Origin: Nanobdellota archaeon
GTDB taxonomy: Archaea > Nanobdellota > Nanobdellia > Woesearchaeales > JAGLXL01
NCBI GenBank assembly: GCA_042577865.1
Contig: JBHPDN010000001.1
Location: forward strand, 9,192-73,191
Direction of reading: 5' to 3'
Length of the DNA: 64,000 nt
Positions within the stretch are counted from its first letter, which is position 1; the number at the start of each line of letters is the position of its first letter. A program made the position numbers and the translations under genes. The notes beneath the pieces were generated by a model. It had not been told where the DNA came from. It saw only the letters and a program-made list of their open reading frames with translations, and ran no database searches. This document shows, piece after piece, positions 1 to 8,886 of the stretch.

Positions 1-233
1 ACAGGCAAACATAGCCGGATGAACAATACTTTCATGGTAAAGAAACTCATCTTTATCAGTTGTTTGAATAACCTTATCAAGCATCAAAATTTTCCCATAA
101 GCTTCTGAATCATAGACATTAATATTTTGAAAATCACTTTTCTTTTCCAAAAGAAGTTTAGTAAATTTCAAACCAATGATTTTTCTTTTGTCAGAAGATT
201 CCACAAAATAATTATTTTTTTCAAACTCTTCTT
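1..233 (-). CDS. speE: Spermidine synthase (aminopropyltransferase), N-terminal part; gene runs off the window edge
   Basis: Reverse-complement translation of 1-233 reads ...KIIGLKFTKLLLEKKSDFQNINVYDSEAYGKILMLDKVIQTTDKDEFLYHESIVHPAMFAC. This matches the SpeE N-terminal signature (LDGxxQ-TE-DEF-YHEM). It lies immediately downstream of speH on the same strand. There is no in-frame ATG, so a TTG start (overlapping the speH stop, TTGA) or a GTG start is likely. Not in the ORF track because it has no stop inside the window. Confidence 0.6.
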
Positions 234-239
234 TAAAAC

Positions 240-593
240 TCAATTTGATCCCTTCTCTTCCCGCTCAATGACCTCTTTGTTAAATTTCTCTGGCTTCATC
301 CGCTTGATTAAAAAATCAAAAGCCTTTTCAGCCGGTCCTGTGCCTGAACAGCTAAAGATATCAATGGCTGCTGTTCCATTTTCCGGCCAGGTATGGACAC
401 TGATGTGAGATTCAGCCAAAACAATCACTCCAGTAGCCCCATGAGGTTCAAATTGATGGAAGCTTTCACCAACTTTGGTAAAATTTGCTTCAGAAACAGT
501 TTCATTTAATATTTGTCGGAGTACTTCAGCGCTTTTCAAAACTTCAACAGGACACCCGAAAAAATCCGCTAGAATGTGAGTGCCCATCTTCAT
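240..593 (-). CDS. speH: S-adenosylmethionine decarboxylase proenzyme, pyruvoyl-dependent (archaeal/bacterial class 1)
   Basis: 117 aa. LAESHISVHTWPE self-processing motif (Glu-Ser cleavage site) and IDIFSC motif. Followed on the same strand by speE, the classical speH-speE operon. Confidence 0.85.
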   Translation of the reverse strand: MKMGTHILADFFGCPVEVLKSAEVLRQILNETVSEANFTKVGESFHQFEPHGATGVIVLAESHISVHTWPENGTAAIDIFSCSGTGPAEKAFDFLIKRMKPEKFNKEVIEREEKGSN

Positions 594-635
594 CGTCGTT
601 GTTCTCCATGTTCAGGGCATAAAATTAACTTCGAT

Positions 636-1157
636 TTAAAAATCTTTCGCTAATTTAGTCTTCCAATCGTCACCAGTATCAACCACCAAATGCTCTCTTT
701 TAACCGGCTCAAACATTTTCTTATAAATCAAATATATTTCAAAACCTGCTGTGCTGGCCCCTTCTTGTTTTTCAATTCTCTCTGCCATTCCTTTTTTAAC
801 TAATTCTTCTGGACAAATAATTTCAATTATCTCCAATTCGACACCAACTTCCTTAGCCATAAAAAAAGCTTTGTCTCTTACTTCTTTTTTATGAAAAGTC
901 CCGTCTAAAATAACATTCTTGCCTTCTTTCAACAAATCAACCATGTGTTTAAACATTTCTTCATAGACCACCATCCTTTCTTCTTCAGGAGAAACGTTTT
1001 CACTGCCATATTCCAAGTAATCCTTGCCAGAAAACAATTCTTTTCTAATCACATCAGTCCTCAATAACTCTGCCCCAATCTTCTCAGCTATGAATTTAGC
1101 CACCGTACTCTTGCCGGTTCCAGGCAGTCCGCAAACCATAATCAATCTAACCATCAA
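636..1157 (-). CDS. P-loop NTPase / small-molecule or polynucleotide kinase-like (AAA_33/Zeta-like fold)
   Basis: Walker A CGLPGTGKST near the N-terminus, DGTF motif, length 173 aa. Exact substrate unknown. Confidence 0.5.
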   Translation of the reverse strand: MMVRLIMVCGLPGTGKSTVAKFIAEKIGAELLRTDVIRKELFSGKDYLEYGSENVSPEEERMVVYEEMFKHMVDLLKEGKNVILDGTFHKKEVRDKAFFMAKEVGVELEIIEIICPEELVKKGMAERIEKQEGASTAGFEIYLIYKKMFEPVKREHLVVDTGDDWKTKLAKDF

Positions 1158-1217
1158 AACTAGTAAACCTAACCCCTATAAAAAGTTTTATAAAGAAGAC
1201 CCAAACCACAGCCTCAA

Positions 1218-1511
1218 ATGGAAATACCAGGGTTAGCTAGGGATGTTGAAGAACAGGGAGAGAGACTATTTGAATATACATATACCCTAAAAAATTATGT
1301 CAGAGATATACCTGCAGTCTTAGCCAAAGCTGGTGTCACTCATGAAGAAAGCTCTCAGATTGTCAATGCCTTGACAGAAGAAAACTTTCCAACTTGTCAA
1401 CATCTGCTGCAAAACGCTTATAAAAGAGTCAAAGGTAAAAATAACCATGCTTACCGCCTTGATGGCTTGGCCAAAGAAGTTGAAATTATTTCTAGATTTA
1501 AAATAACTTAG
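1218..1511 (+). CDS. Hypothetical protein
   Basis: 97-aa ORF in an otherwise non-coding gap. No recognisable motif. Confidence 0.3.
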   Translation: MEIPGLARDVEEQGERLFEYTYTLKNYVRDIPAVLAKAGVTHEESSQIVNALTEENFPTCQHLLQNAYKRVKGKNNHAYRLDGLAKEVEIISRFKIT

Positions 1512-1566
1512 TAACTCAATTATGAGTATCATAAGATATTTAAGTAACCTATCTCTCTCGGGTTAA

Positions 1567-2196
1567 ATGAAACGTAAATTACTCTTATATTTAGCAGGAA
1601 AAACAGAATTATTCTCAGAACTACAGACCAGCACCAAAGAACTGGCCAAGGAGATTAAGTCCTCACAGCAGTCTGTTTCACGGCTTCTACAGGAACTGGA
1701 AAAACAAGGCCAAATCTCAAGAGTTTCTTCACCAAAGGGAATCAAAATCTCTCTCAAACAAGAAGCAGTTGAAAACCTGCAAAAAGATTTTATCACTCTC
1801 AAAAAAATATTTCAGCCGGAAAGAAAGTTAAAAGGCCATGTTATCCAGGGATTTGATGAAGGCAAATATTACATTGAAAAATATAAATCAAAAATAAAAC
1901 AAGCCTTGGGTTTTGAACCTTTTCCAGGAACCCTTAATATCAAAACCAACCCAGTTAAAGTTAAATCATTCTTAATGGATATCAATCCAATTATTATCAA
2001 ACCATTCACCACTAAAAACAGAAGTTTTGGTAGTGTTGAACTGTACAAAGTCAAAATCAACGGCATTGAAGGGGCCATCATCAAACCAGAAAGAACTAGG
2101 CACGATCTTAGTGTGGTTGAATTAACAACTTATATTGATTTAAATGAAATGTTCAAAGTAAAACAAGGCAAAGCTGTAGAGATAACCAAATATTAA
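1567..2196 (+). CDS. ribK: CTP-dependent riboflavin kinase (archaeal RibK) with N-terminal winged-HTH domain
   Basis: C-terminal half matches the MJ0056-type RibK (GFEPFPGTLNIKTNP ... IEGAIIKPERTRHD ... VELTTYIDLNEMFKVKQGKAVEI). N-terminal about 70 aa is HTH-like (SQQSVSRLLQELEKQG). Confidence 0.7.
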   Translation: MKRKLLLYLAGKTELFSELQTSTKELAKEIKSSQQSVSRLLQELEKQGQISRVSSPKGIKISLKQEAVENLQKDFITLKKIFQPERKLKGHVIQGFDEGKYYIEKYKSKIKQALGFEPFPGTLNIKTNPVKVKSFLMDINPIIIKPFTTKNRSFGSVELYKVKINGIEGAIIKPERTRHDLSVVELTTYIDLNEMFKVKQGKAVEITKY

Positions 2197-2197
2197 A

Positions 2198-3103
2198 ATG
2201 GAAAAAAATCAAAAAATCATTGGTGCAGTTTTAATCAGTCTGGCTGCTATTCTTTGGGGTTTAGATGGTGTGGTCTTAACTCCCAGACTTTTCAATCTTG
2301 ATGTGGGTTTTGTTGTTTTCATGCTTCATGCCATTCCTTTTGTTCTCATGAATATTTTCCTTTTCAAGGAATACAAGAATTTAGCCAAATTCACCAAACA
2401 AGATTTCTTTTGGTTTGGACTCATTGCTCTTTTTGGTGGAGCTATTGGTACTCTTTCAATTGTCAAAGCTTTATTCCTGGTTAATTTCCAACACCTGTCA
2501 GTTGTTGTCCTGTTGCAAAAATTACAGCCAGTCTTTGCCATTATTTTGGCAGCTATCCTTCTCAGGGAAAAAATCAAAAAGAATTTTGCTCTCTGGGCAG
2601 TCATTGCTATTGCTGCCAGTTATTTCCTGACATTTGGTCTGCACCTTCCTGATTTCCAGACAGGCAATATTGGTATGGCTGCTCTTTATGCCTTGCTAGC
2701 AGCTTTCTCATTCGGCAGCGCCACTGTTTTCGGGAAAAAAGTCCTTAACAAATACAATTTCAAGACAGCCACTTTCTTTAGATTTGGTTTTACTGCTTTT
2801 ATCATGTTTATTTATGTTATCTTTACCAGAAAAATAACCCAACTCTCAGTCACCACTCCAACCAACTGGCTTATCTTCCTAATCATCGCTTTTACCACAG
2901 GTTCTGGAGCAATTTTCATTTATTATTACGGTCTTAAAAAAGTTAAAGCCAGCATTTCAACCATCTGTGAACTTTTCTTTCCGGTCTCAGCCATTGTTTT
3001 TGATTATTTAGTCAATGGCCATGTGCTTTCTGTTGTCCAGTGGATTTCAGCTCTTGTTCTAGTTGCTGCTGTTATTAAAATTAGTTTGGATAATGCTAAG
3101 TAA
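2198..3103 (+). CDS. DMT-superfamily (EamA-like) membrane transporter
   Basis: 301 aa, about 10 predicted TM helices in two repeated halves. Typical EamA hydrophobic pattern. Confidence 0.55.
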   Translation: MEKNQKIIGAVLISLAAILWGLDGVVLTPRLFNLDVGFVVFMLHAIPFVLMNIFLFKEYKNLAKFTKQDFFWFGLIALFGGAIGTLSIVKALFLVNFQHLSVVVLLQKLQPVFAIILAAILLREKIKKNFALWAVIAIAASYFLTFGLHLPDFQTGNIGMAALYALLAAFSFGSATVFGKKVLNKYNFKTATFFRFGFTAFIMFIYVIFTRKITQLSVTTPTNWLIFLIIAFTTGSGAIFIYYYGLKKVKASISTICELFFPVSAIVFDYLVNGHVLSVVQWISALVLVAAVIKISLDNAK

Positions 3104-3111
3104 AATTCTAA

Positions 3112-3183
3112 TGGACTCGCCGGGAGTCGAACCCGGAGTCTCATCATAGCCAATGATGTGTCATACCATTAGACCACAAGCCC
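3112..3183 (-). tRNA. tRNA-Ala (anticodon GGC)
   Basis: Reverse complement: GGGCTTGTGGTCTAATGGTATGACACATCATTGGCTATGATGAGACTCCGGGTTCGACTCCCGGCGAGTCCA. Cloverleaf with a 7-bp acceptor stem including G3:U70 (Ala identity). Anticodon stem CATCA/TGATG with loop TTGGCTA. T-arm GGGTTCGACTCCC. CCA not encoded. Confidence 0.85.
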
Positions 3184-3272
3184 ATTAAAGCAAAATAATA
3201 AACCAGTTCTTTAAAAATTTATCTATAAAAAACAAAGAAAAATTTATAAACAAATAAGGAAAAGCACCCGGC

Positions 3273-4502
3273 ATGAATGAAAAAACAAAGCAACTCAAGG
3301 AAAAGTACGAGAAGTCAGATGCTTGGGGTTTATGGACTAGTATTGACATGAAAGGTTGTAATCCTGAAACTATCAGAGATGCAGAAAAAGTCAAGCAGTT
3401 TGCCAAGGAACTCTGTGAGCTGATTGATATGAAGCGCTACGGAGAGACCGTTGTTGTTGATTTTGGTGAAGATGAAAGAGTGGCCGGCTTTTCCATGACT
3501 CAGCTGATTGAAACTTCATTGGTTTCAGGGCATTTTGCCAACAAGACCAACAGTGTTTACATCGACATCTTTTCCTGCAAGTGGTATGATCCGCAAGTTG
3601 CTGCTGCTTTCACTAAAAAATTCTTTGGCGCTGAAGATGCCAATGTTAACAGTGTTATCAGAAGCGAAGTTTGGTTTGAAGAAGCCATAGAATTTGCCAA
3701 AGGCTCTAATATTAGAATCCAAATCAAAGAAAAACTTTTTTCCAAACAGTCAGATTACCAACTGGTTGAAGTTTATGAAACAGTTCCATTCGGCAAGATG
3801 ATGGTTATCGACGGCATGATCATGATGACTGAAGCAGATGAGTTCTGCTACCATGAAATGATTTCTCATGTTGCACTTTGCACTCATCCCAATCCTAAAA
3901 AAGTATTGGTAGTTGGAGCAGGAGATGGTGGCGTTATCAGAGAGGTTATTAAGCATGAAGGCGTAGAACTGATTGATCATTGTGAAATTGATGAAGAAGT
4001 CATTAATGCCTCTAAGGAATTTTTCCCGGAAATTGCTCAGGAACTTGACAATCCTAAAGTCAACCGCATTATTCAAGATGCTGTTGAACACATTAAAAAC
4101 CATCAGGATTATTATGATGTCATTCTTGTTGATTCTACAGACCCTGTCGGGCCTGCTGAACCTTTGTTTAGAAGACCATTTTATGAAGACTGTAAAGATG
4201 CCTTGAATGACACAGGTATCTTGGTTACTCAAGCTGAATCAATTTTTTATCATAAAAAAATAATCACCGAATTGTTTGCCAAAACAGAAGGCCTCTTCCC
4301 GATTATGAAGTACTATTACACCATGATTCCTACTTACCCTAGTGGTATGATTGGCTTTACTTTTTGTTCCAAAAAATACCATCCTCTTGATGATTTTAAT
4401 CAAGCAGAAGCAGAAAAACTAACTGATTTGCAGTATTATAACAAGGATATCCACAAAGCTTGCTTTGCCTTACCAACCTTTGCTCAGAAGTTTATTGGAT
4501 AG
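3273..4502 (+). CDS. Polyamine aminopropyltransferase (spermidine synthase) fused to an N-terminal AdoMetDC-like domain
   Basis: C-terminal about 260 aa is a canonical SpeE (VLVVGAGDGGVIREV, EIDEEVI, VILVDSTDPVGPAEPLF). N-terminal about 140 aa is homologous to SpeH: LIETSLVSGHFANKTNSVYIDIFSC aligns with LAESHISVHTWPENGTAAIDIFSC of the SpeH in this window. The Glu-Ser processing site is disrupted by a one-residue insertion. Confidence 0.8.
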   Translation: MNEKTKQLKEKYEKSDAWGLWTSIDMKGCNPETIRDAEKVKQFAKELCELIDMKRYGETVVVDFGEDERVAGFSMTQLIETSLVSGHFANKTNSVYIDIFSCKWYDPQVAAAFTKKFFGAEDANVNSVIRSEVWFEEAIEFAKGSNIRIQIKEKLFSKQSDYQLVEVYETVPFGKMMVIDGMIMMTEADEFCYHEMISHVALCTHPNPKKVLVVGAGDGGVIREVIKHEGVELIDHCEIDEEVINASKEFFPEIAQELDNPKVNRIIQDAVEHIKNHQDYYDVILVDSTDPVGPAEPLFRRPFYEDCKDALNDTGILVTQAESIFYHKKIITELFAKTEGLFPIMKYYYTMIPTYPSGMIGFTFCSKKYHPLDDFNQAEAEKLTDLQYYNKDIHKACFALPTFAQKFIG

Positions 4503-4546
4503 ACTAATATACTTTTTTCTCTACTCATAGCCCTAAAACCACAACC

Positions 4547-4559
4547 TTTATATATAAAA
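4547..4559 (+). promoter_or_regulatory. Archaeal TATA box (TTTATATATAAAA) upstream of the ORF starting at 4594
   Basis: TATA element about 40 nt upstream of the ATG. The same TTTATAAA-type element recurs upstream of many genes in the window (for example 7093, 11337, 20052, 26862, 43058, 47943, 50375, 54113, 55205). Confidence 0.4.
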
Positions 4560-4593
4560 AAAATTTACTTAGGTTGGGGGAATAGACAAGAAA

Positions 4594-4980
4594 ATGGTAA
4601 TCTTATTTGACCAATTCAACTTACCTGACGACATTTTTAAGATTGTTTTTGCTACAGACCAGCAGGAAGTTGTGGCTAAATTGCTTCTTCAGTATATTAA
4701 AGAAAATGGGGGGGAAATCGGTAAGACAGAAATGTCCATATTTGCCACCAGATTACATGAAGGCAATCTAGTTGACACCTCAGTGCCCAAGGGCCCGCAA
4801 ATCAAAAAAGAAAACAAGATTTCCTATAACAAAAGGCAGTTTTATGACAGAATTCTAACACCCATGAAATCTATGGGTCTGATTGATTACGACCTTTACA
4901 AAAAAACCTACAAGATTTCAGACAAATTCAACCGATTAATGATTAGGATTGGTCTGCTGTGGTTAAGAGAAATCAGGTAA
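4594..4980 (+). CDS. Hypothetical protein
   Basis: 128-aa ORF preceded by a TATA box and a G-rich RBS. No recognisable domain. Converges on the next gene with an 18-nt overlap. Confidence 0.35.
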   Translation: MVILFDQFNLPDDIFKIVFATDQQEVVAKLLLQYIKENGGEIGKTEMSIFATRLHEGNLVDTSVPKGPQIKKENKISYNKRQFYDRILTPMKSMGLIDYDLYKKTYKISDKFNRLMIRIGLLWLREIR

Positions 4981-5700
4981 TTCTTCTTCTTCAATTTCTT
5001 CATCAGCTATTAGACCAGACAAAGTACTGATAGAATGAGGTTCCAAACCGTCAAAGCGTCTTATATCTTCTTCTAATTGGTCTGGTGACAAAGAACTATA
5101 AACATTTTCGATTAAATCTTGCACTGCATCCTGGTCATAACCATCAGGATAGATGCACATAGCTCTGGAATGAGTAACCTCATAGTAAGCCAGAGTCATC
5201 ATATCTCTTTTTGGAGGTAGAGAACCATTTTCAAATCTTAGGGCTAAACTGCAAACCAAACCTACACCTTCTTGTGGGTTTCCACCTAAAAAACTGGCAT
5301 GAAACCAAGCTACATCTCTTGGGGCAGTTTCCATTTTTTCTGTAGGAACAACACCATAAGTGACTTCTAAAATCCTTCCAATCTCCAAACCCTCTTCGTC
5401 ATCAGAAACAATTTGATCCTTGATTGATTCAAAGAAGTCTTCGTCTTGTGAAATGAAACCTGTCATCTGCTCAGGAGACAAAGAATCCATAAGATTTTCT
5501 AAATCTGTTCTTGGTTTTTCACCTAAAGAACTCAAAGCAGAAAATTGGGCGCACTTCTTGCCCAAGTATTGAAAAACTTCACGCTTGATTTTTTCTTGAT
5601 ACAGCCCTAAGACTACCACCATATGATTCTGAAAATCTTCGGTTTGTTGAGAATAAACCGCACCGTCAACAATTTGTTCATATCCCTGCAATTCAATCAT
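4963..5700 (-). CDS. Hypothetical acidic protein (ORFan)
   Basis: 245 aa, strongly acidic C-terminus (EEIEEEELPDFS). No recognisable motif. Second gene of a two-gene minus-strand unit. Confidence 0.4.
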   Translation of the reverse strand: MIELQGYEQIVDGAVYSQQTEDFQNHMVVVLGLYQEKIKREVFQYLGKKCAQFSALSSLGEKPRTDLENLMDSLSPEQMTGFISQDEDFFESIKDQIVSDDEEGLEIGRILEVTYGVVPTEKMETAPRDVAWFHASFLGGNPQEGVGLVCSLALRFENGSLPPKRDMMTLAYYEVTHSRAMCIYPDGYDQDAVQDLIENVYSSLSPDQLEEDIRRFDGLEPHSISTLSGLIADEEIEEEELPDFS

Positions 5701-5759
5701 AACAAAACACCAGATTTAATTTCTCTTTTTAAAGATTTATTTACTGGAGAACATCTATT

Positions 5760-7067
5760 TTACTCTTTCATCAGTTCTTTAGCCCCTTCAGAAGGTGCTC
5801 CCCAAGGGCCGCAAGGACCATCGCCCCTCCATCCCAAAATTGTCTTGTAAAGCTTAGGGATATTTCCTTTTTTAATCTGCCACTCAGAAGTTTCATATTT
5901 GTGTTCTTTTTCAAGAATTGCCAACTTCCTAAAGTCATCAGAAGACGCCAAAAGAGTCCTTAAGGTTGTTGTCCTGCGGCCTCTTCCGTAAGCAGTAGCT
6001 TCACCAACATAGATTGTCAAAGCATCTTCTATGGGGAAAATTTCCAGGGGGCCTGCTTTTTTAACACGGGACAACAGACACATATAACGATCAAGAAATG
6101 CTTCTTCATTATCCATATAATCGTCTTCATCGTCTTTATAATCATCTTCTATGGATTCCTTTGGTTTAACAGGAAGGGGCTTTTTTTTAAAAAAATCAAA
6201 TTCTAATTGGATATATTTGTCATCACCATAATTGTAATCATCATCTTCCCAAGTCTCTGTTTCTGTCTCTTTTTTTATGTAGATTGTCACACTTGAATCA
6301 TCTTGAGAATAAGGTTCAAGCCAACCCATAACAAATCCAAAATATCTTTGCCATCTATTCTCTCCAACATCCTCCAAGACCATCAGTTCTGGAGATGGTG
6401 ATGGTTCAGCAGGAGTTTTTTTCTTTAATCTTTTTTTCTTCAATCGATAAGAAGCTTCAGGTTTTTCGTTAATCATCTTTTCAAAATATTTTAGTAAACA
6501 ATCAGAAAAATCAGGTACATCCTGCTCATGGACCATATAAACAGCCCTCTTCCTTTTTCCTTTTTTTCTATGCCCACAATAACTGATCGCTCCCTGCAAT
6601 TCCTCATCTTCACCTATATGTTTCAATACAAAATTAATAAAATAGGCAGGGTTTACATCTTCAATTCCGGATTCTTCAAAAAGATTCCCAGTAACCTCTT
6701 CAAGAGTAAAAAAATCTTCTCGATTGCCGTAATTATAAAGAATATACTTGTTCAAAGAAGGCATATCATCAATCTTGACAAAGAAAATATCTTTCTTGAA
6801 CTTTCGGCCAAAATAATTAACAAGCTTTGCCATAGGCCCATTATTAGGATCTCTGTTTCTCTCTCTTTTCAAACGTTTCATGATTGTAGAAACACTGGCT
6901 TCTAAACCATTTTCTTCAACCACTTCAGAAACATACTCTTCTAATTCAAAAGCTTCATTTTTTATACATAATTCAGTACAGAAAATTTTCCAGTCAGCTT
7001 CTTCAAGAATTCCATCAACTCTTTTACACTCTTTATCTACCTCTCTTGATAAGTCACTGTCAACCAT
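5760..7067 (-). CDS. Hypothetical protein (ORFan) with charged low-complexity segments
   Basis: 435 aa. K/R-rich stretch (HRKKGKRKRA ... KKKRLKKK), D/E/Y-rich stretch (DDDYNYGDDKY ... DDYKDDEDDYMDNEE), Gly/Pro/Trp-rich C-terminus (GWRGDGPCGPWGAPSEG). No recognisable catalytic motif. TATA-like GTTTATAAAAA lies upstream at about 7093. Confidence 0.4.
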   Translation of the reverse strand: MVDSDLSREVDKECKRVDGILEEADWKIFCTELCIKNEAFELEEYVSEVVEENGLEASVSTIMKRLKRERNRDPNNGPMAKLVNYFGRKFKKDIFFVKIDDMPSLNKYILYNYGNREDFFTLEEVTGNLFEESGIEDVNPAYFINFVLKHIGEDEELQGAISYCGHRKKGKRKRAVYMVHEQDVPDFSDCLLKYFEKMINEKPEASYRLKKKRLKKKTPAEPSPSPELMVLEDVGENRWQRYFGFVMGWLEPYSQDDSSVTIYIKKETETETWEDDDYNYGDDKYIQLEFDFFKKKPLPVKPKESIEDDYKDDEDDYMDNEEAFLDRYMCLLSRVKKAGPLEIFPIEDALTIYVGEATAYGRGRRTTTLRTLLASSDDFRKLAILEKEHKYETSEWQIKKGNIPKLYKTILGWRGDGPCGPWGAPSEGAKELMKE

Positions 7068-7187
7068 TAAATTAAAGCAAATACAAAACCCGTTTATAAA
7101 AATTTAGGTCTAAATTTTACTGCCAACTAGGGGTGGATTTCATAAAAAACAATAAACTTTAATAACTCAAAAAAACTCCCACAACTT

Positions 7188-8879
7188 ATGAAAGATTTAA
7201 TCCTCAAGCATGCTCTTAAGAATGCCATGGAATTTGAAGGTAAACCAAATCCTGGTGCTGTTCTTGGCCGTGTTCTTTCAGAAAAACCAGAATTAAAAAA
7301 AGACATTCCTAAACTCAGAAAGGATATTGAAATTGTCATCAAAGGCATAGAAAAACTTTCATTAGAAGAACAGCAAAAAAAATTAAAATCACTGGCTCCA
7401 GAATTGTTGAAAGAAAAAAAAGAAAAAAAGAAAGGTCTGGAACTTCCAAAAGCTCAAAAAGGAAAAGTGGTCTTAAGAATTGCACCTTCTCCTTCAGGAC
7501 CATTGCACATTGGCCATGCTTATGGCGGTTCTCTTAATTTTGAATATGCCCAGGCTTACAACGGCAAATTCATTGTCAGGATTGAAGATACCAATCCAGA
7601 AAATATTTATCCAAAAGCTTACGACTTAATCAAAGACGATACTCAATGGCTGACCAACAACAAAGTCACAGAATTTATCATCCAGTCAGAAAGACTGGGA
7701 CTTTATTATGATTACGCAGAAAAATTAGTCACTATGGACAAGGCTTATGTCTGTACCTGTGACGTTGACCAGTGGCGGAAACTTAAAGCAGATTCACAGG
7801 CCTGTCCTTGCAGAAACCTCTCAGTCAAAGAACAGCAAATCAGATACGCCAAGATGTTTAATGAATATGCAGAAGGAGAAGCAGTTCTCAAATTAAAAAC
7901 AGATATCCAGGACAAAAACCCCGCTATGAGAGATTTTTCTATCATGAGAATTAATGAACATGTTCATCCTAAAACCAAAAAAGAAAACCGCGTCTGGCCT
8001 TTAATGGTTTACAGTGTTGCTGTTGATGATCATGAACTGGGCATGACTCATGTCCTTAACGGCAAAGACCATGCTGACAACGGAAAAAAAGAAGCCACCA
8101 TCATGGAATATCTCGGCTGGAAACCTCCAGTCTACAAACATTGGGGCAGGATTAATTTCAAAGGTCTCACTCTTAGCACATCTCAAACTAAAAAAGAGAT
8201 TGAACAAAAAAAATACAACGGCTGGGATGATATCAGGCTGCCTTTCCTCATGGCTTTAAGAAGAAGGGGTTATCAACCAGAAGCTCTCAGGAAATTCGCT
8301 TTAAGCATTGGATTAAGCCTCACAGACAAAACTGTTTCTAAAGAAGAGTTTTTCAAAGCCATCAATGCTTTCAATAAAGAGATCATTGAATCAAAAGCCA
8401 ATAGATATTTCCTTATCCAAAACAAAAAGAAGATAAAAATTAAAGGTGCCCAGTCACAGGAATGCCAAGTTCCACTGCATCCAGATCATAGAAAAAGAGG
8501 CTACCGTAAATTCAAAACCAGAGATTCTTTCTACATCACTGCTAAAGACTTTGAAAGATTAAAAACAAACAAAGTTCATCGGCTCATGGACTGCCTTAAC
8601 TTTGTCAAAAAAGGCAAGGAGTTTGTTTTCCATTCTACAGATTATCAGGATTACAAAAACGCTGCCGATCAGGGCATCATTATCCACTGGCTGCCTCTGG
8701 AAGAAAAATACATCAATGTTGAAGTTCTCATGGAAGACAACACCAAAGTTACTGGCCTTGGTGAATACCAATTGAAAAACTTAAAACAAGGAGACATCAT
8801 CCAGTTCGAAAGATTCTGCTTCTGCAGACTGGATAAAAAGACCAAAGACAAGTTATCATTTTGGTTTACACACAAATAA
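7188..8879 (+). CDS. gltX: Glutamyl-tRNA synthetase, archaeal/eukaryotic type
   Basis: Class-I HIGH motif (PSGPLHIGHAYGG) and KMSKS-region homology. The about 95-aa N-terminal YqeY/GatB-tail-like extension is typical of archaeal GluRS. 563 aa. Confidence 0.85.
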   Translation: MKDLILKHALKNAMEFEGKPNPGAVLGRVLSEKPELKKDIPKLRKDIEIVIKGIEKLSLEEQQKKLKSLAPELLKEKKEKKKGLELPKAQKGKVVLRIAPSPSGPLHIGHAYGGSLNFEYAQAYNGKFIVRIEDTNPENIYPKAYDLIKDDTQWLTNNKVTEFIIQSERLGLYYDYAEKLVTMDKAYVCTCDVDQWRKLKADSQACPCRNLSVKEQQIRYAKMFNEYAEGEAVLKLKTDIQDKNPAMRDFSIMRINEHVHPKTKKENRVWPLMVYSVAVDDHELGMTHVLNGKDHADNGKKEATIMEYLGWKPPVYKHWGRINFKGLTLSTSQTKKEIEQKKYNGWDDIRLPFLMALRRRGYQPEALRKFALSIGLSLTDKTVSKEEFFKAINAFNKEIIESKANRYFLIQNKKKIKIKGAQSQECQVPLHPDHRKRGYRKFKTRDSFYITAKDFERLKTNKVHRLMDCLNFVKKGKEFVFHSTDYQDYKNAADQGIIIHWLPLEEKYINVEVLMEDNTKVTGLGEYQLKNLKQGDIIQFERFCFCRLDKKTKDKLSFWFTHK

Positions 8880-8886
8880 AGAATTC

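Noticed and set aside
127-408. 93-aa plus-strand ORF overlapping speH
   Set aside because: It is antisense to the well-supported speH gene (ESHISVHTWPE motif), has low-complexity F/K-rich composition and lacks a promoter or RBS. It is a spurious antisense ORF.
3104-3272. tRNA-Ala as an integration hotspot with a nearby integrase or mobile element
   Set aside because: No integrase, transposase or flanking direct repeat of the tRNA 3' end could be seen. The adjacent genes are housekeeping (speE fusion, transporter).
7188-7480. N-terminal about 95-aa YqeY/GatB-tail-like extension on GluRS as a possible novel fusion
   Set aside because: The same N-terminal module (LxxKxALxNAxxxxGKxNPxAxxGxxM...) is standard in archaeal GluRS, so it is not unusual.
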